Of a stretch of DNA of 64,000 nt, positions 37,780-48,450 are shown one piece after another. The stretch's first letter is position 1. Each line of letters begins with the position of its first letter. The notes beneath the pieces are model-generated. The model searched no databases and was not told where the DNA came from. It saw only the letters and a program-made list of their open reading frames with translations. This DNA is from Candidatus Binatia bacterium (GTDB taxonomy: Bacteria; Desulfobacterota; Binatia; Bin18): the NCBI GenBank assembly GCA_963664395.2, contig OY761159.2, positions 1,152,001-1,216,000 on the forward strand, read 5' to 3'. A program made the position numbers and the translations under genes.

Positions 37780-38946
37780 TTATGTTCTGAGTGGTCGGAA
37801 GAATGCGCGGACATCATTGACCAACAGTTCAGGTTCTTCCATTGGCGCAAAATGCCCACCCGACGCCATCGGCGTCCAACGCTGTAAATTATAATACCCC
37901 TCGGCCCACTTCCGCGGCATGAGAACGACTTCTTCTGAAAAAACGGCAACGCCGGTCGGGGCCTGGACAATCGGCGTTTTCGCATGAGACGGCTTCCAGG
38001 GGTTATGCGTCGCTTCATAGTAATAGCGCGCGGACGTGCCAAAACTCCGGGTGACCCAGTATAGCATCATGGTGGTGCATAGATCGTCCTTACTGAAGCG
38101 TTTTTCGACATCCCCGTTGCAGTCACTCCAGGTGCGGCGCTTTTCAAGGATCCAGGAGCACAATCCCACCGGAGAGTCATTCAGCGCAAAGGCCAAGGTC
38201 TGCGGTTTGGTGGTCTGCAAGGCGGAATAGCCGCTCTCCGCGGTAAAAAAGTTCAGGTTCTTCTCGTACCAGCCCTCCTCACCCGGCCCATACTCGGACG
38301 CCGCGGGCATGGAGCCGACAAAAATATCCAGCGGGACCATGAGATTGATATGACAGCCAAGCAGGTGCTCGGCGTATTTATGTCCCAGTTGGGCGGTAAT
38401 CAGCGCACCCCAGTCGCCGCCTTGAGCCGCGAATTTCTGATAGCCCAGGACATCCTGCATGAGCCTGACCCAGAGGTCTGCCGTCCGCCAGAAGTTGATG
38501 CCCGGTGTTGTCAGCGGGGTGGAAAATCCATACCCCGGCAAGGACGGCACAACGACATCAAACGAGTCGTTCGGGTCACCACCAAACGCGGCCGGATCGG
38601 TCAACGGCCGAATGACTTTGTGAAAATCCCAGAAGGTCCACGGCCAGCCGTGGCTCAGGATCAGCGGGGTCGGATTCGGGCCTTTGCCCGGCTCGTGGAT
38701 GAAATGAATCGGAATGCCGTCAATAGTCGTCTTATAGTGGGAGAAGGCGTTCATATCGCGCTCGTGTGCGCGCCAGTCGTAGTCGGTGCGCCAGTATTCG
38801 ACCACTTCTTGGAGGTAGGCTTGATTTGTCCCGTACGCCCAGTGCTCGTTGGCAAACTCGCCCGGCCAGCGCGTCTTTACCAGCCGCTCCCGTAAGTCAG
38901 TCAATACCTCGTCCGGAACAGAAATCGTAAACGCTTCTTTGTTCAT
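37780..38946 (-). CDS. Epoxide hydrolase (microsomal type)
   Basis: HGWP, PSLPGYGFS, QGGDWG, DSPVGL, GGHFAPME. Confidence 0.92.
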   Translation of the reverse strand: MNKEAFTISVPDEVLTDLRERLVKTRWPGEFANEHWAYGTNQAYLQEVVEYWRTDYDWRAHERDMNAFSHYKTTIDGIPIHFIHEPGKGPNPTPLILSHGWPWTFWDFHKVIRPLTDPAAFGGDPNDSFDVVVPSLPGYGFSTPLTTPGINFWRTADLWVRLMQDVLGYQKFAAQGGDWGALITAQLGHKYAEHLLGCHINLMVPLDIFVGSMPAASEYGPGEEGWYEKNLNFFTAESGYSALQTTKPQTLAFALNDSPVGLCSWILEKRRTWSDCNGDVEKRFSKDDLCTTMMLYWVTRSFGTSARYYYEATHNPWKPSHAKTPIVQAPTGVAVFSEEVVLMPRKWAEGYYNLQRWTPMASGGHFAPMEEPELLVNDVRAFFRPLRT

Positions 38947-39064
38947 GACCACCCTCCTTTTTGGCCCATCCATTGTGCTCGACACCCAGATACTGCCCTT
39001 CCCTACTGCTGACAAGAGGGGCGTCTTCCCTAACAGGAACCCGACTATCGGGCGGAGTAAAAGG

Positions 39065-40912
39065 TCAGTCCACCTCGACTGCCGCCGGCGACATGTCGGG
39101 CCGCGTCTCGAACTGGGCTGAAATTCCTTCCAACTCTTTCCCGGAGATTGTCTCTTTCTCCAAGAGTGCCTGAGCTGCTCGACGCAGAAGAGGCAGCTTG
39201 GCCTGCAATATTTTTGTTATCCGCGCGTATTGTTCGTCGATAATACGGCGGACCTCATCGTCAATTTCCCGAGCGGTTTCTTCGCTGTAGTCACCCGGCC
39301 CGTGCGGTTGGCTGTTTTGTAAAAACATGGGCTGGCGCTCCTGGTCAAAGCTTTGCTGACCGAGTCTGGCGCTCATACCGTAGGCCTTGACCATGCTCTT
39401 GGCCGTATCGGTTGCTTTGAGCAGATCGTCTCGGGCTCCAGTCGAAACCTCCTGGTAAATCAGCTCTTCGGCCACTCGTCCGCCAAGGAGTACGGCAATT
39501 TTGTTTTCCAACTCGGATTTGGTCATCAGAAACCGATCTTCGCTCGGCAGTTGGAGTGTATAGCCCAACGCCGCGACGCCGCGCGGAATAATCGAGATTT
39601 TTTGGACTGCATCCGACCCTGGTAACGACATGCCGGCCAAAGCATGTCCAATCTCGTGATGAGCGACGCGCCCTTTTTCTTTTGGGCTTAAGACGCGGTT
39701 CTTCTTTTCCAGTCCGGCAATCACCCGCTCTACCGCTTCCTGGAGGTCGGGCAAGCCAACCGTGTCTTTGCCGCGCCGGACCGCAAGCAGCGCCGACTCG
39801 TTGACGATATTGGCCAGGTCCGCGCCGGCAAAGCCCGGAGTCATAGCGGCAATCACCTCCAGGTCGGTTTCAGACTCAAGAGGAACGGAGCGGGCATGCA
39901 CCTGAAGAATGGCCAGACGGCCGATTTTGTCCGGACGGTCTACCACCACGTTGCGGTCAAAACGGCCGGCCCGCAGCAGGGCTTGGTCCAGGATCTCAGG
40001 CCGGTTGGTGGCAGCCATCAGAATGACCCCGACCCGCTGATCAAACCCGTCCATTTCCACCAGGAGCTGGTTGAGGGTCTGTTCCCGCTCATCATGCGAG
40101 ACCGGTCCCATGCCGCGCGCTTTGCCCAGGGCGTCCAGTTCATCCATGAAAATAATGCAGGGGGCTTTTTCTTTGGCCTGGGTAAAAAGGTCGCGGACGC
40201 GGGCCGCCCCAACGCCGACAAACATCTCCACAAACTCTGAGCCGCTAATCGAGAAAAACGGAACCTGGGCTTCTCCCGCCACTGCTTTGGCCAGAAGCGT
40301 TTTCCCCGTCCCCGGCGGTCCAACCAGCAGAATGCCTTTCGGGATTTTCCCCCCCAGCCGACTGAATTTTTCCGGCGTCTTGAGAAACTCAATGACCTCC
40401 TGGAGCTCAATCTGGGCTTCTTCGACCCCGGCCACATCGGTGAAGCGGACTTTGACATCCTGCTCCATATAGATCTTGGCTTTACTCTTCCCGATCGACA
40501 TAAAGCCACCACCGAATCCGCCTCGCTGGGCCATCCGCCGCATCAGAATCAGCCAGACGCCAAAGAATAACAGGACAGGCAGCATCCAGGACAGCAGGTC
40601 TCTGACAAGCGTGTTCTCAATTTCACCGGCGAAGCGCACCCCGCGCGTGGCCAGTTGCTCTGCCAAGTCGGATTCCACCCGAACCGTCACAAACTGGCTC
40701 GGATGTCCTTCGACGTGATCTTTGAGCGTCCCTTGGATATAGTGCTGGGTGATACGGATCTCTGCGATGCGGCCGTCATCCACGTATTCCTGAAACTGGC
40801 TGTAGGGGATCTGTTCGATGCTGGTCGCCTGCATCCATAAGCCATGCAAGATGACGACCCCCCACAGGGCAATGAAAAGATACCAGATGTTAAACTTTGT
40901 CTTTTTGTCCAT
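39065..40912 (-). CDS. ftsH: ATP-dependent zinc metalloprotease FtsH
   Basis: [33 protein letters not shown]. Confidence 0.95.
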   Translation of the reverse strand: MDKKTKFNIWYLFIALWGVVILHGLWMQATSIEQIPYSQFQEYVDDGRIAEIRITQHYIQGTLKDHVEGHPSQFVTVRVESDLAEQLATRGVRFAGEIENTLVRDLLSWMLPVLLFFGVWLILMRRMAQRGGFGGGFMSIGKSKAKIYMEQDVKVRFTDVAGVEEAQIELQEVIEFLKTPEKFSRLGGKIPKGILLVGPPGTGKTLLAKAVAGEAQVPFFSISGSEFVEMFVGVGAARVRDLFTQAKEKAPCIIFMDELDALGKARGMGPVSHDEREQTLNQLLVEMDGFDQRVGVILMAATNRPEILDQALLRAGRFDRNVVVDRPDKIGRLAILQVHARSVPLESETDLEVIAAMTPGFAGADLANIVNESALLAVRRGKDTVGLPDLQEAVERVIAGLEKKNRVLSPKEKGRVAHHEIGHALAGMSLPGSDAVQKISIIPRGVAALGYTLQLPSEDRFLMTKSELENKIAVLLGGRVAEELIYQEVSTGARDDLLKATDTAKSMVKAYGMSARLGQQSFDQERQPMFLQNSQPHGPGDYSEETAREIDDEVRRIIDEQYARITKILQAKLPLLRRAAQALLEKETISGKELEGISAQFETRPDMSPAAVEVD

Positions 40913-41128
40913 AACCGCTCTATTATAGCGTGCCGAAGCCGACTGCATAGCCAGTCCGGTACTTCTTGTGGTGAGGAAAGAACATGCAGCTATTACGATC
41001 AATCGGAGCAGACGACATTGACGTTACAAACTGCGGATTTCATCATGCAGGCAAAGGCTGGGGAAGCCATTCCCCAAATACAAATAGTGGATGCTAGTCA
41101 GGCGCTGGTATCATAGGAGGGAGGATCC

Positions 41129-41266
41129 ATGTTCTGGTTTGGTTTTATCGTTGGTGCGGTCTCGGCCACCGTATTTATTCTGTACGGTAATGGTGAGCTG
41201 CTGGTGAAACTCCGCGATCAGATAAAAAGCGCCGCTGACCGGTTTTGGGAGTCGCAGAAAAAATAG
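41129..41266 (+). CDS. Small (45 aa) single-pass membrane protein, YtxH-like
   Basis: Strong AGGAGGGAGG RBS; MFWFGFIVGAVSATVFILYGNGELLVKLRDQIKSAADRFWESQKK; too short for the ORF track. Confidence 0.65.
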   Translation: MFWFGFIVGAVSATVFILYGNGELLVKLRDQIKSAADRFWESQKK

Positions 41267-41354
41267 GCGGCCCTTCTACCGATTGCTCACAGCGCTCTTT
41301 CTTTGGGGAATCTATACCTTGGGTAGTATATATCCATTGACCCACGGAAAGCCG

Positions 41355-41577
41355 GGTAGTGTCTCACTTTGAAATTGCTTCTCCTCGCCGCTGATTGCCT
41401 GCCCATCTTTTTCGACGCCCTCGTCATTTTTTTCACTTCCTACTAATTTTGGTAGGGACAAGGGCGGCAAATTATGCACAGTATCCCTTTATCAGCGAGG
41501 CCAAAACACTGCGGCAGGCGGAGTCAAGGTCCGCCATACGAGAGCGAAAGCCAAAGGATTCAAACTGAGACACTACC
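41355..41577. mobile_element. 223-bp MITE (non-autonomous IS derivative)
   Basis: 19-bp terminal inverted repeats GGTAGTGTCTCA(C/G)TTTGAA with one mismatch; 8-bp direct repeat GAAAGCCG at 41347-41354 and 41578-41585; no transposase. Confidence 0.88.
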
Positions 41578-41678
41578 GAAAGCCGGGGCATCGCTGGCAA
41601 AACGGCGGGAGTGGGCATCAAAGCCCGGCCTGACCCTCAAACGGGGGGCAGCGCTACGTTCCACCCCGTCAGGAGAGT

Positions 41679-44600
41679 ATGAAGCGACCCCGCGCAACAG
41701 GAATCAGGGCATGGGCCGGACCGGGGAACAGGCTGCTGGGGGCAGTGGCGACGCTCCTGCTGCTGGTCGGGCCCGTCCGGGCGCAGTCCAGCGACAAACT
41801 CCCAGAGCCGGGCGGGCGGTCAATTGAGGCGCTGCTGGCCCAGAAAGCGCAGCGGACGTCCGCCCAGCGGAAGGTCAGCTCGCAACTCCTGGACGCGGCG
41901 GGGGGCACGCAGCCCCCGGCGGACGGTGCCGCCCGCCGCCGGGCACCGGACCCGGGCGTCGCGGATGAATTGGTCACGGTAGACATTCGGGCGGACGTGA
42001 CGCCCGCGGTGCTGGCGCGTATCCGGGCCTTGGGCGGCACGGTACTGAGCAGCCTGCCGAGATACCGGGCCATCCGGGCGCGACTCCCGCTGGCTGCGGT
42101 AGAAAAGCTCGCCACGCTGGACGCGGTCCAGTTCATCCGCCCCGCCGACGAGGCGATCACGAACCAGTCGCTGGAGCGCTCAGCCGTCGCCCGGACGACT
42201 GGGGCAGGAAACGAACGCAACACGTCCGAGGGCGATGTGGCCCACCGGGCGGACAAGGCGCGTGAAACGCACGACGTCGATGGGACGGGTATCGGTATCG
42301 GCGTGCTCTCGAATGGGGTCGATACGCTCGCCGAGCGACAGGCGACAGGCGACCTGCCGGCCCGGGTGACGGTACTGGCGGGACAGACGGGAGAAGGCGA
42401 CGAGGGGACGGCGATGCTGGAGATCGTCCACGATCTCGCGCCCGGCGCCGAGTTGTACTTTGCCACGATACTTGGAGGGCAGGCGCAGTTTGCGGCGAAC
42501 ATTGAGGCGCTGTGCGCCGCGGGCGCGGACGTCATCGTCGACGATGCGATCTATCCCATTGAGCCAGCCTTTCAGGACGGCATCGTCGCCCAGGCAATTA
42601 ACGCGGCGGTCGCCGACGACTGCGTCTACTTCTCCATGGCCGGTAATGGCGGCAATCTGAGCAGCTACAGCGGCCGTCGGGCCGGCGTCTGGGAGGGCGA
42701 CTACGCCGCGGGAAGCGCCCTGGTCGTGAGCGGCGAAACGGTCGGCGTCCGCCACGACTTTGACAGCGGCCCGGGGGTGGCGGTTGAGAACCCGGTCACA
42801 AGGGACAGCGAGCACGAATTTGTGCTGCAATGGGCCGACCCGCTCGGGGCGTCCGCCAACGACTACGACCTGTTTCTGGTTGACAACAACGGCAACGTGC
42901 TTGACAGCTCGACCACCACGCAGGACGGCACCCAGGACCCGATTGAGTCCATCCGCTCGCGGAGAATTAACCACCTCGGTGACCGCCTCGTTATTGTCAA
43001 GGTATCGGGTGAGGATCGCTACCTGCGTCTGAACAACGTCGGGGCATGGTTCACCAGCGTGACCGCCGGCCAGACCTTCGGGCATAATGCGGCGTCCAAC
43101 GCCATCACCGTGGCCGCTGTCAATGTCACGACCGCCGGCGGTGAGGGCGGCGTCTTCAACGGCACGGAATCGGTCGAATGGTTCAGTTCGGACGGGCCAC
43201 GGCGGATATTCTTTCGCCCGGACGGTGCGGCCATCACGCCAAGTGACTTCTCATCCAGCGGTGGGCAGTTGCTCCAGAAACCGGATCTGACTGCGGCGGA
43301 CCGGGTGTCAACGGCGACTCCCGGCTTTGAGACGTTCCCAGGCACCTCGGCAGCGGCACCGCATGCGGCGGCAATCGCGGCGCTGATGCTGGAAGCGGCC
43401 GGCGGACCCACCAACGTCACGCTGGACGAACTCCGTAAGGCAATGACCGACACGGCGCTTAACATCGGGGACACCGGCGCTGACCGTGATTCCGGTGCTG
43501 GGATCGTCATGGCGCCGGGCGCGGTGGAGGCGGTTGCTGTGGCGGACCGCAACGGGGTGCCGGAGGCGTCGGGCACATTAGCCTCCCAATCGCTGGCGCC
43601 CGGCGGCGCTACGGCCACCATCGGCGTGGCAAGCGCGTTCACCGATCCAGATAGTCACGCATTGACCTATACGGCGCTGTCGGACAATACCGCCGTAGTG
43701 ACGACCAGCGTGGCGGGGTCCCGGTTGACACTGACATCCTGGGGGCCGGGCGAAGCCAAGGTGACGGTGCGGGCGACCGACCCCGAAGGGCTGAGCGCGA
43801 TTCAGATCATGTCGGTAACGGTCGTGTGGGGAGACGAGGACTATGACGCCGATGACGACAACCTGATTGAGGTCGGCACGCTGGCGCAACTCGACGCCAT
43901 GCGCCATGACCTGAACGGGGACGGCGTGGTGGATAGCGGGGCGGACGCGCAAGCGTACTACGCGGCGTTTTCCGAACCAGAACAGGGCATGGGCTGCGCG
44001 GACGACTGCTACGGGTACGAGCTGACAGAAGACCTGGACTTCGACACTAATAAAAACGGCCGGGCTGACGCGGGCGATGCCTACTGGAACGGCGGGGCGG
44101 GTTGGAACCCGATCCGCGGAAGAATCATCTCCTCGTTTGGCCTGCATTTGATCACCAGCGGGTTCGCGGCGACCTTTGAAGGTAACGGACATACGATTGC
44201 CAACCTGTATATCAACCGCAATGTCACGGCCGTCGGTCTATTCGGTGCGGCCTACTCGCGGGCCATCCGCAACGTGGGAATAGTAAACGCCAACGTTACG
44301 GGACAGAGCAGCGTCGGCGCCCTGGCCGGAATCAAGCTGGGCGACCTCAGTGGCAGCTACGCCACCGGTCGCGTGTCGGGGCAGGACGGTGTCGGCGGCT
44401 TGGTTGGCAGCCATCGCGGCTCCATAGCTGCCAGTTACGCGACCACGCAGGTGTCGGGACAGAACAATGTCGGCGGACTGATCGGCAGCAACTACCTGGG
44501 GACCGTGATTGCCTGCTATGCGACCGGCCGCGTGTCGGGTACTGCCAATGTCGGTGGCTTGGTTGGGCTGAACAGCAGCGACGATGAGGTCATTGCCAGC

Positions 44601-47057
44601 TATGCTACGGGCCACGTGTCGGGCGTCAGCAATGTCGGTGGTCTGATCGGAGACAACCAAGGCACTGCCTCCAACAGCTACTGGGATATGAGCACCTCGG
44701 GACAGACAACCGGAACCGCAGGCCAGACAACGGCGCAATTACAGTCACCCACGGACTACAGCGGCATGTATGCGGACTGGAACGTGGACCTGGACGGTGG
44801 CGGCACGGCGGACGACCCGTGGGACTTCGGGCTAAGCGACGAATATCCGGTGCTGGCCGTGGACTTCGATGGGAATGAGGACGTGACGTGGAAGGAGTTC
44901 GGCTACCAGCTCAGAGCCGGTCCGACCTTGATGGCGACTCCTGGGGCAGGAGAGGTAGCCCTGCGCTGGAACGCGGTGGACACGGACCCATGGAACCCGT
45001 CACCGCCGGACGTGACCTATACCGTCTATCGTAAGACTGACGCCACCATCACGGTCCTTGCCCAAGGCATCAGCGGGACGACCTACACTGATACCGGCGT
45101 GTCCATTGGCTCCACCTACACCTACCAGGTGGCGGCGGTGGTGGAGGGTGGGGAAGCGACGCGCAGCGCGCTGGTGATGGTGACCGCCCCCAACCATCCG
45201 CCGACGTTCCTGTCCTCCGAGGACGGCATGCGTACTGTGGCCGAGAAGACCGGGGAGAATGTGAACATCGGCGACCCAGTGAAGGCCACCGACCCCGACG
45301 ACCCCACCCTGACCTACAGTCTGGGCGGCCCGGACGCGGCGTCTTTCACCATCACCGAAAGGACCGGCCAGTTGCGGACCAAAGCTGAGTTGGACCACGA
45401 GACCCAGCCGCTCTACTCCGTGACGGTGAGGGTGAGCGACGGCAAGGATGTCGATGGTACCGCTGACCCGACGGTCGACGCCACCATCCCTGTGACGCTC
45501 ACCGTGACCGATGCCCCAGGCACAGTGACGCTCCCGTCGACGCCGCCTCTAGTGGGTACGATGCTGCAGGCGACCCTGACTGACCCCGATGGGCTCGGGT
45601 CCTCTGCGACCTGGAAGTGGGAACGGTCGCGGGACCAGAGCGTCTGGACCCTTATCCGTGAGACCTCCACCGGGGAGCCCGCCAACAGCTACACCCCGGT
45701 GGCTACCGATATAAACGAATACCTCCGGGTCACCGTGCAGTACACTGACGGCCACGAGACGCCCGACAAGGAGGCAGGGAGCGTCTCCCAGCGTGTCTCG
45801 GCCCGGCGGCCGCCGCCGCCGCCACCGCCCGGTCCTGGTCCCGGCGGTGGCGGCGGTGGTCCTGCCTGCACGGAGGACGACGTGCACGGCAACACTGCTG
45901 CCACCGCCACTGACATTGCGCTGTCTGCGGTGACTGCCGGGGCCATCTGTCCCGCCGCAGACGTGGACTATTTTACCGTCACCGCCCCCGGCCGGGGCCT
46001 CCTCTTTGTAGACACCCCGAGGGGCGTGCCGACCCGCGGGACCATCTGGCAAGACGGGATGGTCCTGGCATCCGGCCCTACGGGTAGGCAGCCGGATGAC
46101 CGGCTTGGCGCCCGTGTGCAGGCCGGCTCAGTCGTCGTGGCCGTGCAAGGCCAAGGGGGAGCGATCGGGACGTATGCCGTCGAGATCACCTTGGTGCAGG
46201 GCACTCTGGAGAACCCCGGCGCTGATTCGTTCCAAAGCGGGGTGGGCGTGCTGTCGGGCTGGGTGTGTGAGGCAGCGGTGGTGGAGCTTGAGTTGAACGG
46301 GATACCGCAGGAGGCGGCGTATGGCACCGAGCGATTAGACACAGCCGGGGTGTGTGGGGACACGGACAACGGCTTTGGGCTGCTGTTCAACTGGAACCTG
46401 CTGGGGGATGGGGAGCATACGGTGGTGGCCTGGGTCGATGGGGCGGAGTTGGGCCGGGCGAGCGTGACCGTGACGATCTTGGGGGCGGAGTTTCTGCGGG
46501 GTGTAACGGGGACGTGTGAGGCCGGAGACTTCCCGACGCTGGGTGAGCGCGTGACACTCGTGTGGCAGCAGAATAGTCAGAACTTTGTGATTGCGGGGGG
46601 CAGTCCCCCGGCCGGGGCTACCACGGGCCGGACGAGTGCCCTGATGGGGTTTCTGGAGAATCCGGGTCCCAATTCCTTTCAGAGTGGGGTCGGGGTCCTC
46701 TCGGGCTGGGTGTGTGACGCAGACCGGGTCGAGATAGAGATCGGGGCCGCCGGACGACAGGTGGCGGCGTATGGAACGGAGCGGCTGGACACAGCCGGGG
46801 GGTGTGGCGATACGGATAATGGCTTTGGGTTGTTGTTCAACTGGAATCTGTTGGGGGACGGAGAGCATACGGTGGTGGCCTTCGTGGATGGGGTTGAGTT
46901 AGGCCGGGCGACGGTGCGGGTAGCGACCTTGGGGGAGGAATTTCTCCGGGAAGCCGAGGGGGAATGTACGGTGACGGACTTCCCCGTGCTGGGCGAGACG
47001 GTGACGCTGGAGTGGCAGCAGAATAGCCAGAACTTCGTAATCACGGCGGTAGAGTGA
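41679..47057 (+). CDS. Giant secreted subtilase (S8) with Ig-like, GLUG, FN3, cadherin-like and PPC-like domains and a duplicated C-terminal domain
   Basis: Signal peptide; DEGTAMLEIVHD, AGN, GTSAAAPH; VGGLVG repeats; ATDPD/LDHE cadherin motifs; poly-Pro/Gly linker; DVDYF. Confidence 0.88.
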   Translation: MKRPRATGIRAWAGPGNRLLGAVATLLLLVGPVRAQSSDKLPEPGGRSIEALLAQKAQRTSAQRKVSSQLLDAAGGTQPPADGAARRRAPDPGVADELVTVDIRADVTPAVLARIRALGGTVLSSLPRYRAIRARLPLAAVEKLATLDAVQFIRPADEAITNQSLERSAVARTTGAGNERNTSEGDVAHRADKARETHDVDGTGIGIGVLSNGVDTLAERQATGDLPARVTVLAGQTGEGDEGTAMLEIVHDLAPGAELYFATILGGQAQFAANIEALCAAGADVIVDDAIYPIEPAFQDGIVAQAINAAVADDCVYFSMAGNGGNLSSYSGRRAGVWEGDYAAGSALVVSGETVGVRHDFDSGPGVAVENPVTRDSEHEFVLQWADPLGASANDYDLFLVDNNGNVLDSSTTTQDGTQDPIESIRSRRINHLGDRLVIVKVSGEDRYLRLNNVGAWFTSVTAGQTFGHNAASNAITVAAVNVTTAGGEGGVFNGTESVEWFSSDGPRRIFFRPDGAAITPSDFSSSGGQLLQKPDLTAADRVSTATPGFETFPGTSAAAPHAAAIAALMLEAAGGPTNVTLDELRKAMTDTALNIGDTGADRDSGAGIVMAPGAVEAVAVADRNGVPEASGTLASQSLAPGGATATIGVASAFTDPDSHALTYTALSDNTAVVTTSVAGSRLTLTSWGPGEAKVTVRATDPEGLSAIQIMSVTVVWGDEDYDADDDNLIEVGTLAQLDAMRHDLNGDGVVDSGADAQAYYAAFSEPEQGMGCADDCYGYELTEDLDFDTNKNGRADAGDAYWNGGAGWNPIRGRIISSFGLHLITSGFAATFEGNGHTIANLYINRNVTAVGLFGAAYSRAIRNVGIVNANVTGQSSVGALAGIKLGDLSGSYATGRVSGQDGVGGLVGSHRGSIAASYATTQVSGQNNVGGLIGSNYLGTVIACYATGRVSGTANVGGLVGLNSSDDEVIASYATGHVSGVSNVGGLIGDNQGTASNSYWDMSTSGQTTGTAGQTTAQLQSPTDYSGMYADWNVDLDGGGTADDPWDFGLSDEYPVLAVDFDGNEDVTWKEFGYQLRAGPTLMATPGAGEVALRWNAVDTDPWNPSPPDVTYTVYRKTDATITVLAQGISGTTYTDTGVSIGSTYTYQVAAVVEGGEATRSALVMVTAPNHPPTFLSSEDGMRTVAEKTGENVNIGDPVKATDPDDPTLTYSLGGPDAASFTITERTGQLRTKAELDHETQPLYSVTVRVSDGKDVDGTADPTVDATIPVTLTVTDAPGTVTLPSTPPLVGTMLQATLTDPDGLGSSATWKWERSRDQSVWTLIRETSTGEPANSYTPVATDINEYLRVTVQYTDGHETPDKEAGSVSQRVSARRPPPPPPPGPGPGGGGGGPACTEDDVHGNTAATATDIALSAVTAGAICPAADVDYFTVTAPGRGLLFVDTPRGVPTRGTIWQDGMVLASGPTGRQPDDRLGARVQAGSVVVAVQGQGGAIGTYAVEITLVQGTLENPGADSFQSGVGVLSGWVCEAAVVELELNGIPQEAAYGTERLDTAGVCGDTDNGFGLLFNWNLLGDGEHTVVAWVDGAELGRASVTVTILGAEFLRGVTGTCEAGDFPTLGERVTLVWQQNSQNFVIAGGSPPAGATTGRTSALMGFLENPGPNSFQSGVGVLSGWVCDADRVEIEIGAAGRQVAAYGTERLDTAGGCGDTDNGFGLLFNWNLLGDGEHTVVAFVDGVELGRATVRVATLGEEFLREAEGECTVTDFPVLGETVTLEWQQNSQNFVITAVE
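46206..47042 (+). repeat. Two copies of a 129-130-aa C-terminal domain
   Basis: 46206-46592 and 46653-47042, both LENPG..SFQSGVGVLSGWVC...AAYGTERLDT..CGDTDNGFGLLFNWNLLGDGEH...WQQNSQNFVI. Confidence 0.92.
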
Positions 47058-47202
47058 GTGGTCGGCACGGGGAGGTCTATGATTCCTCTTTCTCTGAACG
47101 GTCTTTTTTATTTCGCTCGCTTTGTTCGCTTCCTGGCCTTGTGCTAGAGTTCGGGCACGCAAGAAGTGTGTGCAGAAAGCACGTCATAAGGAGGGCAGGC
47201 GT

Positions 47203-48411
47203 ATGGCAAAGCCGCTGGATGGAATTCGTGTCCTGGATTGGACCATATGGCAGCAGGGGCCGGTCGCGACTATGATGCTCGGCGATTTGGGCGCTGAGGT
47301 CATCAAACTTGAAGAACGCGTGGGGGGCGACCCCGGGCGCGGCGTGATGCAAATTGCCGGTGCCAAAACCGGCACGCGCAATTACTATTTTGAAGCCAAC
47401 AACCGGCATAAAAAGAGCATCACGCTTGACCTCAAGAAGCCCGAGGCAAAAGAAATCGTGTATAAGCTGGTCGAAAAGTCGGACGTCTTTGTCCAGAACT
47501 ATCGCAAGGGCGTGGCGGCTAAGCTCGGACTCGATTATGCCACCCTCTCGCAATACAACCCCAAGCTGATCTATGCCAGCGCAACCGGCTATGGTCCGAA
47601 CGGGCCGGACGCGGGCGAACCCTCCTTCGACTATATGGGCTTGGCCCGGTCCGGGATCATGACCGCGGCGGGTGAGCCGGATATGGAACCCATGAACATT
47701 ACCGGCGGTATCGCCGACCAGATGGGCGCCATCATGCTGGCCCACGGGATTACCGTGGCCCTGTTGGCACGCGAACGCCTGGGCATCGGCCAGGAGGTCG
47801 ATACCTCACATCTGGGCAGTATGATGGCCCTCCAGGGGCTCAATCTGGCCTGTCGCCTGACACTGGGTAAAGAGTTCAAACGTTTTTATCGCACCAAAGC
47901 GGTGAACCCACTCTGGAATCACTATAAGTGCCAGGACGATAAATGGCTCTGTCTGGCCATGCCGCAAGCCGACCGCTACTGGTCGGATTTCTGCAAGACG
48001 CTCGGTATTCCGGAGCTGGAGAAAGACCCGCGCTTTGAGAATATGAAGGTGCGCGGTCACAACGCCGAGGAGATCATCGCTATTGTCGATCAAATTTTTG
48101 CCTCAAAGCCCCGCGCTGAATGGATGCAAATTCTGAGAGACGGCGGTGATTTTATCTACACGCTGGTGAATAATGTCACGGATCTGCCGGATGACCCGCA
48201 AATGCAGGTCAACGACTATGTGGTGGATTATGATCACCCCACCTGGGGCGAGACGCAGATCGTCGGCTCCCCGTTGATCTTGAGCAAGACGCCGGCCGAC
48301 CCGAAAGCCCCGGCGCCGGAGTTCGGCGAGCATACCGAACAGGTTCTGGTCGATATGCTGGGCTATTCCTGGGAAGAGGTTGGGAAGTTGCGAGAGTCTG
48401 AGGTCCTGTAG
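47203..48411 (+). CDS. CaiB/BaiF family III CoA-transferase
   Basis: PLDGIRVLD, GDLGAEVIKLE, NR.KKSITLDLK, APEFGEHT. Confidence 0.92.
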   Translation: MAKPLDGIRVLDWTIWQQGPVATMMLGDLGAEVIKLEERVGGDPGRGVMQIAGAKTGTRNYYFEANNRHKKSITLDLKKPEAKEIVYKLVEKSDVFVQNYRKGVAAKLGLDYATLSQYNPKLIYASATGYGPNGPDAGEPSFDYMGLARSGIMTAAGEPDMEPMNITGGIADQMGAIMLAHGITVALLARERLGIGQEVDTSHLGSMMALQGLNLACRLTLGKEFKRFYRTKAVNPLWNHYKCQDDKWLCLAMPQADRYWSDFCKTLGIPELEKDPRFENMKVRGHNAEEIIAIVDQIFASKPRAEWMQILRDGGDFIYTLVNNVTDLPDDPQMQVNDYVVDYDHPTWGETQIVGSPLILSKTPADPKAPAPEFGEHTEQVLVDMLGYSWEEVGKLRESEVL

Positions 48412-48450
48412 GGGCTTCCGGAGGGGCAGCCCGTGTGGCTGCCCGTGTCG

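Noticed and set aside
41595-41665. Loose resemblance to a c-di-GMP-I riboswitch (GGCAAA...CAAAGCC.GGCCTGA...GGCAGC)
   Set aside because: Lacks the GACGCAAA core and a convincing P2 stem; needs an Infernal/Rfam search.
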